From sequence record PZ452614.1: DNA of 39,092 nucleotides, one strand, 5' to 3'. Of the stretch, positions 1 through 8,328 are shown one piece after another. This DNA comes from a phage. The position numbers and the translations under genes were made by a program. How positions within the stretch are numbered: position 1 is the stretch's first letter; each line of letters begins with the position of its first letter. The notes under the pieces are model-generated. The model was not told the DNA's origin. It saw nothing but the letters and a program-made list of their open reading frames with translations, and searched no databases.

Positions 1-962
1 AGACGTTTGCGGTACATACCGACAGTTATATGAAACACGTCATCCTGGCTGAAAGTACCCGCGCAATGAAGCAGGCAGTGATCGACCGTGACATACTTCC
101 GGTTCTTGGCAACAAAATGATGGCTGAAATTACCACATCGATGGTTCGTGATTTGTGTGACAGGATTGTCGAACGCGGTGGTCGGGCAACAGCAGTGCAG
201 GCCAGGGAGATCATCAGCAGCGTATACCGTCACGCCAATGACCGTGGTCATGGTTTGTTTAATCCTGCGGCTGACATTAAACCTTCGTCTATCGCCATAT
301 TTAAACCACGAGAGCGAACACTGACACCAGAAGAAATTGGCCTGTTCTTCCGCACGCTGGATGCCATTGGTGCTATGGGCACTATGAAAATGGCTTTAAA
401 GCTGGTGCTTATCACTATGGTTCGTAAAGGCGAATTCACCAACGCAACGTGGGATGAAATAGATTTTAAAAAATGGACATGGACAATTCCTTCAGACCGC
501 ATGAAGGGAAGCCGGGCGCACGTTATTTACCTGCCTAAACAGGCTCAGGATATATTGGTCGGGTTGCAGATGTGCGCTGGTGGAAGTGAATATCTGGTTC
601 CTGGTCGTTACAATTTCCGGAAGCCATTATCTAATGCCGCGCTGAACTCTCTGATCGACAGAACGGTGAAAATAATAAATGAAGATGGTGAGCATATTCA
701 GGGCTTCACCGTACACGATATGCGCCGTACAGCCAGTACGTTGTTGCATGAGGCTGGTTATCCTTCAGACTGGATTGAAAAGGCTCTGGCACATGAGCAG
801 AAAGGTGTGCGCGCCGTATATAACAAAGCGGAATACGCCAGACAGCGCGCCTACATGTTGCAGCAGTGGTCCGATATGATTGATTCCTGGATTAACGGGG
901 AGCATACGGATCTGATTCCGTTCTCCCCGTCGAAGTTTGAGAAGTGGATGGCGGGGGAATAA
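1..962 (+). CDS. int: Tyrosine integrase, P4/IntA-type, C-terminal part; continues in frame from 38804..39092 across the window junction
   Basis: No stop between position 3 and the ATG at 30; C-terminal catalytic region resembles P4-family integrases (…HDMRRTASTLLHEAGY…ALAHE…VRAVYNKAEY); frame matches the truncated ORF at the window end. Confidence 0.9.
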   Translation, partial: TFAVHTDSYMKHVILAESTRAMKQAVIDRDILPVLGNKMMAEITTSMVRDLCDRIVERGGRATAVQAREIISSVYRHANDRGHGLFNPAADIKPSSIAIFKPRERTLTPEEIGLFFRTLDAIGAMGTMKMALKLVLITMVRKGEFTNATWDEIDFKKWTWTIPSDRMKGSRAHVIYLPKQAQDILVGLQMCAGGSEYLVPGRYNFRKPLSNAALNSLIDRTVKIINEDGEHIQGFTVHDMRRTASTLLHEAGYPSDWIEKALAHEQKGVRAVYNKAEYARQRAYMLQQWSDMIDSWINGEHTDLIPFSPSKFEKWMAGE

Positions 963-965
963 CGT

Positions 966-1160
966 TTAATTATTCTGCTGATTTTCTTCCATCTCGGCTT
1001 CTGCTGCCAGTGATTCAATTTTATCTGCGAATATTGCTGACAGTGTTGCAAATTCAGCATCAGTGACAGCGGGAATTGGAACAAACCTTATCCCGCTGTG
1101 TGCAAGCATGTTTGCAGTTTCAAGGCATTTCCTTAAATCTGCTGGTGATGCCCTGTTCAT
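966..1160 (-). CDS. Hypothetical small protein (64 aa) with acidic C-terminus
   Basis: Internal ATG at 1160 overlaps the methyltransferase stop (ATGA overlap); no recognisable family. Confidence 0.45.
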   Translation of the reverse strand: MNRASPADLRKCLETANMLAHSGIRFVPIPAVTDAEFATLSAIFADKIESLAAEAEMEENQQNN

Positions 1161-1807
1161 GCTGCACGCTCCTGCCCCTGGTTGTCTGTTGGTGACAGCG
1201 GAGCATTGCTGAATGCATTTGTTAATCCGCCAATATCCAACGCGTATCCAGGGTGTAGTTGCACTGCCGGGTCTTCGCACTGATTACCCCAAACATCGAA
1301 GCCATGAGACGACTGGCGGGCGAACAGTTCAATGCGAGAAACATCGCCTAACAATTGCACAAGTTTTTCACGAACGACATCTGGTTTTCTTGAATGCTCA
1401 AGCCGCGGTGCGGTAAATGACTGAACGATCCCTGCATTAATGCGCGTAGGTAGTTTTCCCTTTACCGCAAACAGGCAATCTTCACTATTGGCGCGAGTCA
1501 TGTGCCCCATACCCATAACCAGTTTATCTGGTTGTCGACTACCACATTTTATCCACGTGAAGCCCTTCATCGTCATCAGACGAAATCCCCAGGCTTCAAC
1601 AACTTTTAGTGCTTCGAGTGGTTGTGTTGGCACCCACCACATGGCCAACAGACAGTTTTCATCGGCCAAATCCCACGCAGGAAGGCGGCAGATATCCAGC
1701 ACACTCATAACCGGATATTTAAAACCGGCACCGCGATTACCATCTGCGGCTTTGTCCCGGTATACCCAGGGTGGATCTGCATAGATTAGTGTGTATTTCT
1801 TAGTCAT
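1157..1807 (-). CDS. DNA N6-adenine methyltransferase, MT-A70-like
   Basis: YADPPW motif near N-terminus; GGGGTGG Shine-Dalgarno before ATG at 1807; roughly 216 aa. Confidence 0.8.
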   Translation of the reverse strand: MTKKYTLIYADPPWVYRDKAADGNRGAGFKYPVMSVLDICRLPAWDLADENCLLAMWWVPTQPLEALKVVEAWGFRLMTMKGFTWIKCGSRQPDKLVMGMGHMTRANSEDCLFAVKGKLPTRINAGIVQSFTAPRLEHSRKPDVVREKLVQLLGDVSRIELFARQSSHGFDVWGNQCEDPAVQLHPGYALDIGGLTNAFSNAPLSPTDNQGQERAA

Positions 1808-2099
1808 AAACCACCCCACAACATCCTATGCCGCTATAGTCGCCACGGCGAAGGCCGTTACCTTTTGTGATACATTGGTCCCTGCGAACCGCGATCCTTG
1901 CACGTTCAACATCACCAGAAGCAACATCCATACACTGAAGCCAAAGGTGAGCGGCAATGCGGAACTGCCCTTTTTTCTCTCTTTCAATCGCGCGTTTTTC
2001 GATCTCTATCGCCGCAGGAGTAACGGCGACAATCTTTGACGGACTGCGCATTGAAACCTTATTCATGTGATATTTTTCAAGTCGGCTTAACTTTCTCAC
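1800..2099 (-). CDS. Hypothetical protein (99 aa)
   Basis: ORF with GTG start preceded by AGAGGG; overlaps methyltransferase start by 8 bp, suggesting co-translation. Confidence 0.45.
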   Translation of the reverse strand: MRKLSRLEKYHMNKVSMRSPSKIVAVTPAAIEIEKRAIEREKKGQFRIAAHLWLQCMDVASGDVERARIAVRRDQCITKGNGLRRGDYSGIGCCGVVYD

Positions 2100-2208
2100 T
2101 TAATCCAACCCTCTCTGAAAATTAATGCCAGCAGATAAAGCCATGCTGAAACAGAGGCCAGGAATAAGTACCATCCTGACCATTTGCTCCAGTGCCTTAG
2201 CAGCGCAC

Positions 2209-2457
2209 TCATGCAGCGTTGCTCACGGGACGATATACACGTTGCTGAACAGGAGGTTTTTTACCCTGGAACTCTGCCGGGCTTGCTGCCTGACGTTCAT
2301 CAAGCCAACGCTCAACTTCGTCACGGTTCCATGCGCAGCGTTTGTCAGTGATATACCAGCGTTTAGGAAATTCCCCTGCGCGCTCCATACGGTCGATAGT
2401 GCTCCATGACAGTGGCACCACCGCCAGGAGTTCCTTCTTACCTAATGCACCTTTCAT
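2209..2457 (-). CDS. AlpA/Vis-like HTH excisionase/regulator
   Basis: 82 aa; …VPLSWSTIDRMERAGEFPKRWYITDKRCAWNRDEVERWL… matches the AlpA pattern; Shine-Dalgarno AGAGAGG upstream. Confidence 0.8.
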   Translation of the reverse strand: MKGALGKKELLAVVPLSWSTIDRMERAGEFPKRWYITDKRCAWNRDEVERWLDERQAASPAEFQGKKPPVQQRVYRPVSNAA

Positions 2458-2506
2458 AAATACCTCTCTTGGTTGCAGTGCGGCGCGTGTGGCGCCGCGG
2501 TGGTGG

Positions 2507-4267
2507 TTACATAGATGTTTCGTTTAATTCTTCCCGACGAACGCTGTAAACGTCGGTGGCTTTTGCCAGCAGTTCGTCATCATCTGAAAGTTTTTGTGCA
2601 ATGTATTTGTAAGCCTTATCCAGTTCGGAGACAGTGCTGTAATTCATCGCTGCGCTGGTAAAGGCCATCAGCATTTCTTCTGGATCACGGCTATCCGCTT
2701 TACGAGTTTGCTCATCAGGCTTTTTCACTGGTTTAGCGTTGATCAGACTGTTCATTCCCGCAGCAGTGGTCGTTTGCGGAGTAATGTCTCGCTCAACGCG
2801 CGGTGCCGTTTCCTGTAATTCGTCTGGTGTGTAGACGCCCATGATTACGTCAGGACAGTGCAAGCGAGACCAGCGTTTTGTCGCAAGGTATGCGAGTTGT
2901 TGTTTCGGATCACTGGCCCAAAGTGTGGAGTTTCTTACCTGTGCTTGAGACAGCATTAACTCAAGCACTCGAGGTTGATCCTCGCCCTTCATGGTTGCCC
3001 ATACGCGAACACCGCAGCCTTCTTCGTCTTTTAGAGTCCAGCCTGGTGCGATATATGGATTGCCGTTTTTGGATGTTTTCTCAACAAACTTACCGATCAC
3101 GCGTTCCCACGGCCCGAACCACTCGTAGTTGATGCGATCTTTTGTTGGCGACATCGTTGAGATAACTGCGTTTACTAATTGGGCTTCATAACCTAGCGTG
3201 CCGTTCACAACATGGGTTTTCTGAGCCACGGCAAACGGGTTCATTCCCCACTGCGCAGCCTGCATTGCCACGGCCATGCAATCAGCTGGTTTCCCGGCGA
3301 GGTGCGCCGGTACCGTTACGCGGCTTTGCGCCATTACCTCGGCGAATTTCATCAGTTGGTTCAAGCCGTCTGGGCTGAAAATAGTTGCAGCAGTTCCAGC
3401 GATTGCTGTGTCTACTGGTGCGTTGATGTTTGCGATGTCGTTGCTCATATGTACATATCCTGTTTTGCGTGCCCACTCAGGGCGTTTAATGATTTCCACA
3501 CCGCCCCATTCATCATTTATGCGGCATTCGTGATAGGTATTCAGATCCCGGCGGAACAGAGCGTGCCCGGCATCGACATCCGGCGCATCCAGCTCGAACA
3601 CGCGTACCGGATACCGACCACAATCAATGCTTTCGCTCACGGCAAGAAAGAAAAAACCATGCGGCTGACCAGTAACCCTCATTGCGCCTTCGCGGTACAT
3701 TGCGTCCTGCACGTGGTAGCGGAATTCCTCGATGTGGCGTGCAAAACGGTCCATATCTGCAACCTTTTTCACGTCGACGATCACGTTGTGCTCGTTCAGC
3801 CATTTGTCTGGACGAATGCGGCACAACTCACCAGTATCTTCATCATTCCAGTACATTGATGCTTCGCAGAAACCAGGTGCTTCCAGCATCCAGCGTGCCG
3901 CCGGGTGAGCCATTGCGCTATCACGCATCAGCTCCAGTTTCCGCCACTGCTCGGCATCAAGTACCGTAATCCCCATATCCGCTACATCACGAAGAAATGC
4001 TTCTTCGTCAGCTTTACCTTGTTTCGTCCGACGATCGAACTTCGGTGAAACAATGAAGCGTTTGTCGAATTCTCCAGGCTCCAGAAGCAGACAGTGCAAT
4101 GCGGTTCCAATATCCAGTGCAGACTTTTTCTCTTCGTCTTCTGGTGCTGCCTGGACCCATTTAAGAAGCGACGGATTCTTGGCAACCATGTCCAGTTGCG
4201 ACTTACTCACGCCGTCACCGGCGTGGTAGTCTTCGTTGCTGATGTCGAAATAAATTCCCGGTTTCAT
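2507..4267 (-). CDS. PD-(D/E)XK exonuclease (RecE/Exo VIII-like N-terminal domain) fused to a C-terminal domain of uncertain identity, possibly RecT-like annealase
   Basis: N-terminus DISNEDYHAGDGVSKSQL… typical of exodeoxyribonuclease VIII PDDEXK-like proteins; continuous 586-aa ORF. Confidence 0.7.
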   Translation of the reverse strand: MKPGIYFDISNEDYHAGDGVSKSQLDMVAKNPSLLKWVQAAPEDEEKKSALDIGTALHCLLLEPGEFDKRFIVSPKFDRRTKQGKADEEAFLRDVADMGITVLDAEQWRKLELMRDSAMAHPAARWMLEAPGFCEASMYWNDEDTGELCRIRPDKWLNEHNVIVDVKKVADMDRFARHIEEFRYHVQDAMYREGAMRVTGQPHGFFFLAVSESIDCGRYPVRVFELDAPDVDAGHALFRRDLNTYHECRINDEWGGVEIIKRPEWARKTGYVHMSNDIANINAPVDTAIAGTAATIFSPDGLNQLMKFAEVMAQSRVTVPAHLAGKPADCMAVAMQAAQWGMNPFAVAQKTHVVNGTLGYEAQLVNAVISTMSPTKDRINYEWFGPWERVIGKFVEKTSKNGNPYIAPGWTLKDEEGCGVRVWATMKGEDQPRVLELMLSQAQVRNSTLWASDPKQQLAYLATKRWSRLHCPDVIMGVYTPDELQETAPRVERDITPQTTTAAGMNSLINAKPVKKPDEQTRKADSRDPEEMLMAFTSAAMNYSTVSELDKAYKYIAQKLSDDDELLAKATDVYSVRREELNETSM

Positions 4268-4563
4268 GCCGCGTCCCTCTGTCCATCAAGCTGATCCGCC
4301 AGATCCCAGCGGGCGATAATTGCCATTGCCTCTCGCCGATAGGCATCCATCAGTTCTTCGAACTCAGGGCTGTCTTTAGCAGCCTCCAGTACTTCCTGAC
4401 GAACGCCTTTGCCTGTTACAACGTCAAAAGTTGAGGACAGTTGATGAAGTCGGATGCTCTCAATCAGTTCAACTTGTCGGTCATATAGCTGTTCTGACAG
4501 GCGGTAGTCCTTGTCGAATGCCAGCATGATTTTTTGAAGATTTTTCTGCTGATTAACGTTCAT
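4264..4563 (-). CDS. Hypothetical protein (about 99 aa), first sizeable gene of the leftward early operon
   Basis: ATG at 4563 preceded by GGAGGG; stop overlaps exonuclease start (ATGA). Confidence 0.5.
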   Translation of the reverse strand: MNVNQQKNLQKIMLAFDKDYRLSEQLYDRQVELIESIRLHQLSSTFDVVTGKGVRQEVLEAAKDSPEFEELMDAYRREAMAIIARWDLADQLDGQRDAA

Positions 4564-4565
4564 TA

Positions 4566-4718
4566 TCAGCCCTCCCATATCTCGTTATCGTTGGCTACAT
4601 CGCGAGCTTCTTTGCTGACGAAAGCCCACTTAATGCCTTCCTGTAAGGTGCGGAACTTCCAGCTCATGAATCCGCATGCAGTAACGCAGTACCAACCGTT
4701 GATGATTTTCCACTGCAT
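4566..4718 (-). CDS. Possible 50-aa leader ORF immediately downstream of the leftward promoter
   Basis: ATG at 4718 to stop at 4566; weak ribosome-binding site; not in the supplied track (under 60 aa). Confidence 0.25.
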   Translation of the reverse strand: MQWKIINGWYCVTACGFMSWKFRTLQEGIKWAFVSKEARDVANDNEIWEG

Positions 4719-4737
4719 AACTTGTTACCTCGGTCTG

Positions 4738-4814
4738 TTACCGTTGAGGTAATAATTATGCGTATCTGGTTTGATGTCAATAGATATGAGTTAAAAAAAT
4801 TACCCGTTAGGTAA
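4738..4814 (-). promoter_or_regulatory. Leftward early promoter (PL-like) with two flanking TTACC-N5-GGTAA operators
   Basis: Minus-strand -35 TTGACA (4780..4775), 16-bp spacer, -10 TAATTA (4758..4753); operators at 4738..4752 and 4800..4814. Confidence 0.55.
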
Positions 4815-4826
4815 TCGAATAGGCAA

Positions 4827-4850
4827 TAAAAAAGCCGCCATAAGGCGGCT
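4827..4850 (-). terminator. Rho-independent terminator downstream of the repressor gene
   Basis: Stem agccgcc/ggcggct with loop ataa; U-run on the minus strand (plus A-run 4827..4833). Confidence 0.6.
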
Positions 4851-4871
4851 TACTTACTGAAAAATATGATT

Positions 4872-5456
4872 TTATTGTTTGTTTTTTTCGTTCTGGTTGA
4901 TGACAAATTCAATGTAACTTTCGATCTTTGCCTTCTCTGTTTCAGGTAACAATGCGTAGCGCGAGCGGTCATAGTTGATAGTCGCGGGGTCGTGCGGGTG
5001 AATCAGTAATTCATATCCGTGACGCCCAAATGCGGATGCAACATTCTCCAGGGTGGAAATGGAAACGCTGACCTCATTGTTTAACAGGCGGCTGATTGTT
5101 ACCTGGGCGACGCCGGATGCGCGGTGAAGTTTTCCCTGCGTTGAAAGGTCGCGGCTTTCGCTCATCCAGCGTTCCAGGTTGTGAGCCGCCAGTTGACCAA
5201 TGTCGCTTGGTCCGACAGGCTGAAAACCTTCCTGAGAAAGCGAGCGATCGATATCAAGCCAGTTACGGGGTTTATTGGCGGCAGCTTCAATTTTTCGCGC
5301 AACCTGGTCGCCGATAACCTTCTTGCCAAGAGCCCAGCGGTTTACCAGATTTGCCTGAGTTCCAAGTTTTTCTGCCATCCGCGTCTGAACACCATTGAAT
5401 TCACGGTCGATCAAGTCGTTGAGATTTTGCCTGCGGACGTCCTGGATACTTTTCAT
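4872..5456 (-). CDS. CI-like phage repressor with two HTH regions and no S24 peptidase domain
   Basis: 194 aa; HTH-like segments near residues 25-45 and 115-135; divergent from a Cro-like gene; located between the leftward and rightward operator clusters. Confidence 0.75.
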   Translation of the reverse strand: MKSIQDVRRQNLNDLIDREFNGVQTRMAEKLGTQANLVNRWALGKKVIGDQVARKIEAAANKPRNWLDIDRSLSQEGFQPVGPSDIGQLAAHNLERWMSESRDLSTQGKLHRASGVAQVTISRLLNNEVSVSISTLENVASAFGRHGYELLIHPHDPATINYDRSRYALLPETEKAKIESYIEFVINQNEKNKQ

Positions 5457-5511
5457 TTTCTGGAAAATCGCCTCATATATGAATCAGTAGATGATTCAAT
5501 TTAAAGCAATA

Positions 5512-5578
5512 TTACCCAACAGGTAAATGCACCCCATAGGTAACTATCCTTGATTTTTGTTACCTTATGGGTGAATAT
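5512..5578. promoter_or_regulatory. Rightward operator cluster (three TTACC-N5-GGTAA-type sites) overlapping a candidate PR
   Basis: Sites 5512..5526 (perfect), 5529..5543 (GCACC half), 5560..5574 (GGTGA half); -35 TTGATT 5550..5555 and -10 GAATAT 5573..5578. Confidence 0.6.
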
Positions 5579-5610
5579 TTATTATCTGAAATAAATATCA
5601 GGCAATAGCT

Positions 5611-5841
5611 ATGAGCGATAACGGACATTTCGATTTCAAAAAGCACTGGCTTGCACTTACTCCGGATGAGCGTGAAGCCTTCGCACAGGAAGCCGGAACG
5701 ACGAGTCACTATATCCAGACTCACTTAACAGGTAAGCGCAAAATGCCAGGTAAGGTATTGATGAATGGGCTTTTTAAAGCCTGTAAAACAAGACAATGGC
5801 TGCGCTCAAAAGCAGAACTGGCATACTTCTTCTACTCATGA
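5611..5841 (+). CDS. Cro-like small HTH regulator
   Basis: 76 aa; HTH …EAFAQEAGTTSHYIQTHLTGKRKMP…; divergent from the repressor. Confidence 0.6.
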   Translation: MSDNGHFDFKKHWLALTPDEREAFAQEAGTTSHYIQTHLTGKRKMPGKVLMNGLFKACKTRQWLRSKAELAYFFYS

Positions 5842-5862
5842 TATCCAGCCACAACCCTCTGT

Positions 5863-5886
5863 AGACCGCCATCCGGCGGTCTTTTC
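5863..5886 (+). terminator. Weak terminator-like hairpin after the Cro-like gene
   Basis: Stem agaccgcc/ggcggtct, loop atcc, short T-run. Confidence 0.4.
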
Positions 5887-5991
5887 ATATCTATTCGTAC
5901 CTCAAAGGTAATAAAAAACCAAATATGGTTGATCTTTTTTTTGTGTCAGCACAAAATAACCGTAATCCCAATACTAATAACAGGGCTTACC

Positions 5992-6192
5992 ATGGAAATC
6001 ATTACACGTATTGATGCCGCAAAGCGCGGACTTAAACGCTATTACACCGGAAAACAATGTAAGCACGGACATGACAGTGAACGCTGGGTTTACAACGGAC
6101 ACTGTGTTGAGTGCACCATGGAATCAAACCGTCGCATCAGGGCAGAGATTAAGCAGATCATGATTAATTCCTCCCCACAACACTCAAGCTGA
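5992..6192 (+). CDS. Small putative zinc-binding protein in the cII-equivalent position
   Basis: ATG at 5992 (MEIITR…); C-K-H-G-H … C-V-E-C motif; preceded by operator-like site 5897..5911. Confidence 0.45.
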   Translation: MEIITRIDAAKRGLKRYYTGKQCKHGHDSERWVYNGHCVECTMESNRRIRAEIKQIMINSSPQHSS

Positions 6193-6207
6193 TAGCGGAG
6201 ATTAATC

Positions 6208-7023
6208 ATGAGCAGACATGCAACAGATTGGGCTTGGGAGACAGATCCAGGCAGCTCATCATTAAAGCTCATACTGCTCTCGATGGCTGACAGAGCCGAT
6301 GAATATAACCTCTGCTACCCCAGCATAGAACGCCTCGTTAAAGACACTTGCCTGAATAAAAAAACCGTGCAGGCCGGGCTTATATCGCTCATGAAAATGG
6401 GGCTTATTTCAGATACCGGAGAGAGAAAGGGAGCGACAAAAAGAGTGCGGGTTTTCTCTCTTAATATAACCAAAAACGGGAACATTAAAGGCAACCGAGA
6501 GGGGGTCAATGAACCCGAAAACGGTAATGTTACCGAAAACGGGAATATACCCAAAAACGGGATGTTGAATGATCCCAAAAACGGGATGTTGAATGATCCC
6601 AAAAACGGGATCCAGAACCAGTCATATAACCAGTCATTTAACCAAGAGAGGGAGAGCAGGACAAAAAACGGGGATTCTGTGCATCATGACCCCGGCGCAA
6701 ACAACGCCGTGATGAATAACTTTGTTCCTCTTGGTGGGCCAGGGCAATTAGGCAAATTTGTCATGCATGAACAATGGCAGCCATCAGATGACTTTCTTCG
6801 GAAAAGCTCATTGCAGGGGATCTACCTGGACAGTCTGCCAACGGCACAGGAACTTGCAGAGTTCAGAATTTACTGGATGGCTGAGGGTAAGGCATACCAT
6901 CAGGCACAGTGGGAGCAGAAGCTGGCAAGGCGGCTGCAGATTAGCAGACAGAAGCAATCAACATTACCTGATAACAACGTTCCGCACTGGAACAGCCCTG
7001 AAGCATGGGAGGATTTCTTGTGA
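6208..7023 (+). CDS. Replication initiator (lambda O-like role) with N-terminal HTH; ori iterons embedded in the coding sequence
   Basis: N-terminal …LKLILLSMADRADEYNLCYPSIERLVKDTCLNKKTVQAGLISLMKMGLI…; internal tandem repeats; translationally coupled to the P-like gene. Confidence 0.7.
   Translation: MSRHATDWAWETDPGSSSLKLILLSMADRADEYNLCYPSIERLVKDTCLNKKTVQAGLISLMKMGLISDTGERKGATKRVRVFSLNITKNGNIKGNREGVNEPENGNVTENGNIPKNGMLNDPKNGMLNDPKNGIQNQSYNQSFNQERESRTKNGDSVHHDPGANNAVMNNFVPLGGPGQLGKFVMHEQWQPSDDFLRKSSLQGIYLDSLPTAQELAEFRIYWMAEGKAYHQAQWEQKLARRLQISRQKQSTLPDNNVPHWNSPEAWEDFL
6514..6610. repeat. Candidate origin of replication: five iterons CC(C/G)AAAA(A)CGG(G/T)
   Basis: Repeats start at 6514, 6533, 6550, 6574, 6598; the last three on a 24-bp period with identical cccaaaaacgggatgttgaatgat units. 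Confidence 0.65.
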
Positions 7024-7805
7024 ACAACGTTTTTACCGCGATACAAAACCGTGACGGAGAAGCCCTTTCTCGCATGTCAGGTTATGAGCATCAGTACACC
7101 AACAATGACAACGTGGTGAACATGTCAGCAGAGAGGCTTGTTGATGCCCTTTTCAAACAGCTGAAACAACTGTTTCCGGCGGCAGTGGTAACCAACCTGA
7201 AGACGCCAGAGCAGGAAGTTGCTGCAAAACAGCAGTGGATTGCTGCGTTTGCCGAAGGGGGGATCCGAACCCGTGAACAGGTTTCTGCTGGTATGCGCCA
7301 CGCCCGCGCCAGTGAGTCTCCGTTCTGGCCGTCGCCAGGGCAATTCATCAAGTGGTGTAAAGACAGCAAGATGGTTCTTGGCGTCACCATTGACGATGTG
7401 ATGGCGGAGTTTCACCGGTACAGCAAGGAAAAAAGTTTATATCCTGGTGGTCCCGAAAGATTCCCGTGGCGGCATCCGGTTATGTACTGGGTCGTATGTG
7501 ATACCCGCCGTGCAATGTATCAGCGCCAGCTTAGCGAGATTGAGGTTGAGAAACACGCGCGCAGGCTGCTCGATGATTGGGCGAAAAAGGTGGCTTCCGG
7601 ACAGCAGATACCCGATCCGGTGATCAGCATACAGGCAAAGCCAGAACCCATGAGTACGCCTCCGGACACAGGGAGAGATGTTTACCATCCACCAGGGCGA
7701 AGTTTCGGGTGCATGCCTAACGCCGCCACCCTGGGGGGAATAACACCGGCGCAGTGGCTGATGGAGGAATACAGGCGAGGAAAGGCAGCAGGATTTATCA
7801 AGTAA
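7005..7805 (+). CDS. Lambda P-like replication protein (DnaB helicase loader)
   Basis: …RQWIAAFAEGGIRTREQVSAGMRHARASESPFWPSPGQFIKWCKDS… closely parallels lambda P as recalled; alternative GTG start at 7020 has a better Shine-Dalgarno (GGGAGGA). Confidence 0.85.
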   Translation: MGGFLVNNVFTAIQNRDGEALSRMSGYEHQYTNNDNVVNMSAERLVDALFKQLKQLFPAAVVTNLKTPEQEVAAKQQWIAAFAEGGIRTREQVSAGMRHARASESPFWPSPGQFIKWCKDSKMVLGVTIDDVMAEFHRYSKEKSLYPGGPERFPWRHPVMYWVVCDTRRAMYQRQLSEIEVEKHARRLLDDWAKKVASGQQIPDPVISIQAKPEPMSTPPDTGRDVYHPPGRSFGCMPNAATLGGITPAQWLMEEYRRGKAAGFIK

Positions 7806-7842
7806 TACCAGCGCGATAGCGCATTTTTTTACGCCTCAATAG

Positions 7843-7919
7843 TTACCTAATGGGTAACAAAATATTCTTAGATCTATTGATTTCGTGTCTTATGTGGTTT
7901 TTAATTACCTTAGAGGTAA
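7843..7919 (+). promoter_or_regulatory. Regulatory region with two perfect TTACC-N5-GGTAA sites and an ATGTGGTT motif
   Basis: Sites 7843..7857 and 7905..7919; ATGTGGTT at 7892..7899; ATG of the next gene at 7923. Confidence 0.5.
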
Positions 7920-7922
7920 ATC

Positions 7923-8267
7923 ATGAGAAAACAGATACAGGCTCTTGGTCGACTCAAAACAGGCCAGATGAACAAAACAGAATCTGCGTATTGCCAGCAC
8001 CTTGAGCAGCGTAAACGTGCAGGGGAAGTCGCCTGGTATCGGTTCGAGGGTATCAAGCTGCGGCTGGCTGACAACACGTTTTATACGCCCGATTTCGCTG
8101 TGATGCTCGCCACCGGAGAGATGGAACTGCACGAAGTGAAAGGTTTCTGGACCGACGACGCCAGGGTGAAAACCAAAGTCGCCGCAGATCAGTATCCGTT
8201 CCGAATCATCGGGGTAACGGTTAAACCAAAGAAAGCAGGTGGTGGCTGGAATATCGAAGAGTTCTGA
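7923..8267 (+). CDS. DUF1064-like phage protein (putative nuclease family)
   Basis: 114 aa; …FYTPDFAVML…ELHEVKGFWTDDARVKTKV… pattern recalled for DUF1064. Confidence 0.5.
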   Translation: MRKQIQALGRLKTGQMNKTESAYCQHLEQRKRAGEVAWYRFEGIKLRLADNTFYTPDFAVMLATGEMELHEVKGFWTDDARVKTKVAADQYPFRIIGVTVKPKKAGGGWNIEEF

Positions 8268-8328
8268 ATCGACGATCTTTTTAGTTATCAATGTAATCAA
8301 TAAGTTATGTGGATAAGCGAGGGTAAAG

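Noticed and set aside
6315-6602. Minus-strand ORF (95 aa) with a GSFNIPFLG peptide repeat
   Set aside because: It is the reverse-strand reading of the iteron array inside the O-like gene; the repeat is a DNA-level origin feature, not a second gene.
6550-6610. Tandem 24-bp direct repeats as a possible CRISPR array
   Set aside because: Only about three units, no spacers of unique sequence, fully inside a coding region, and no cas genes; interpreted as replication iterons.
7811-7830. Possible terminator after the P-like gene (gcgc-gata-gcgc plus T7 run)
   Set aside because: The stem is only 4 bp; the T-run alone is not sufficient, so it is not listed as a feature.
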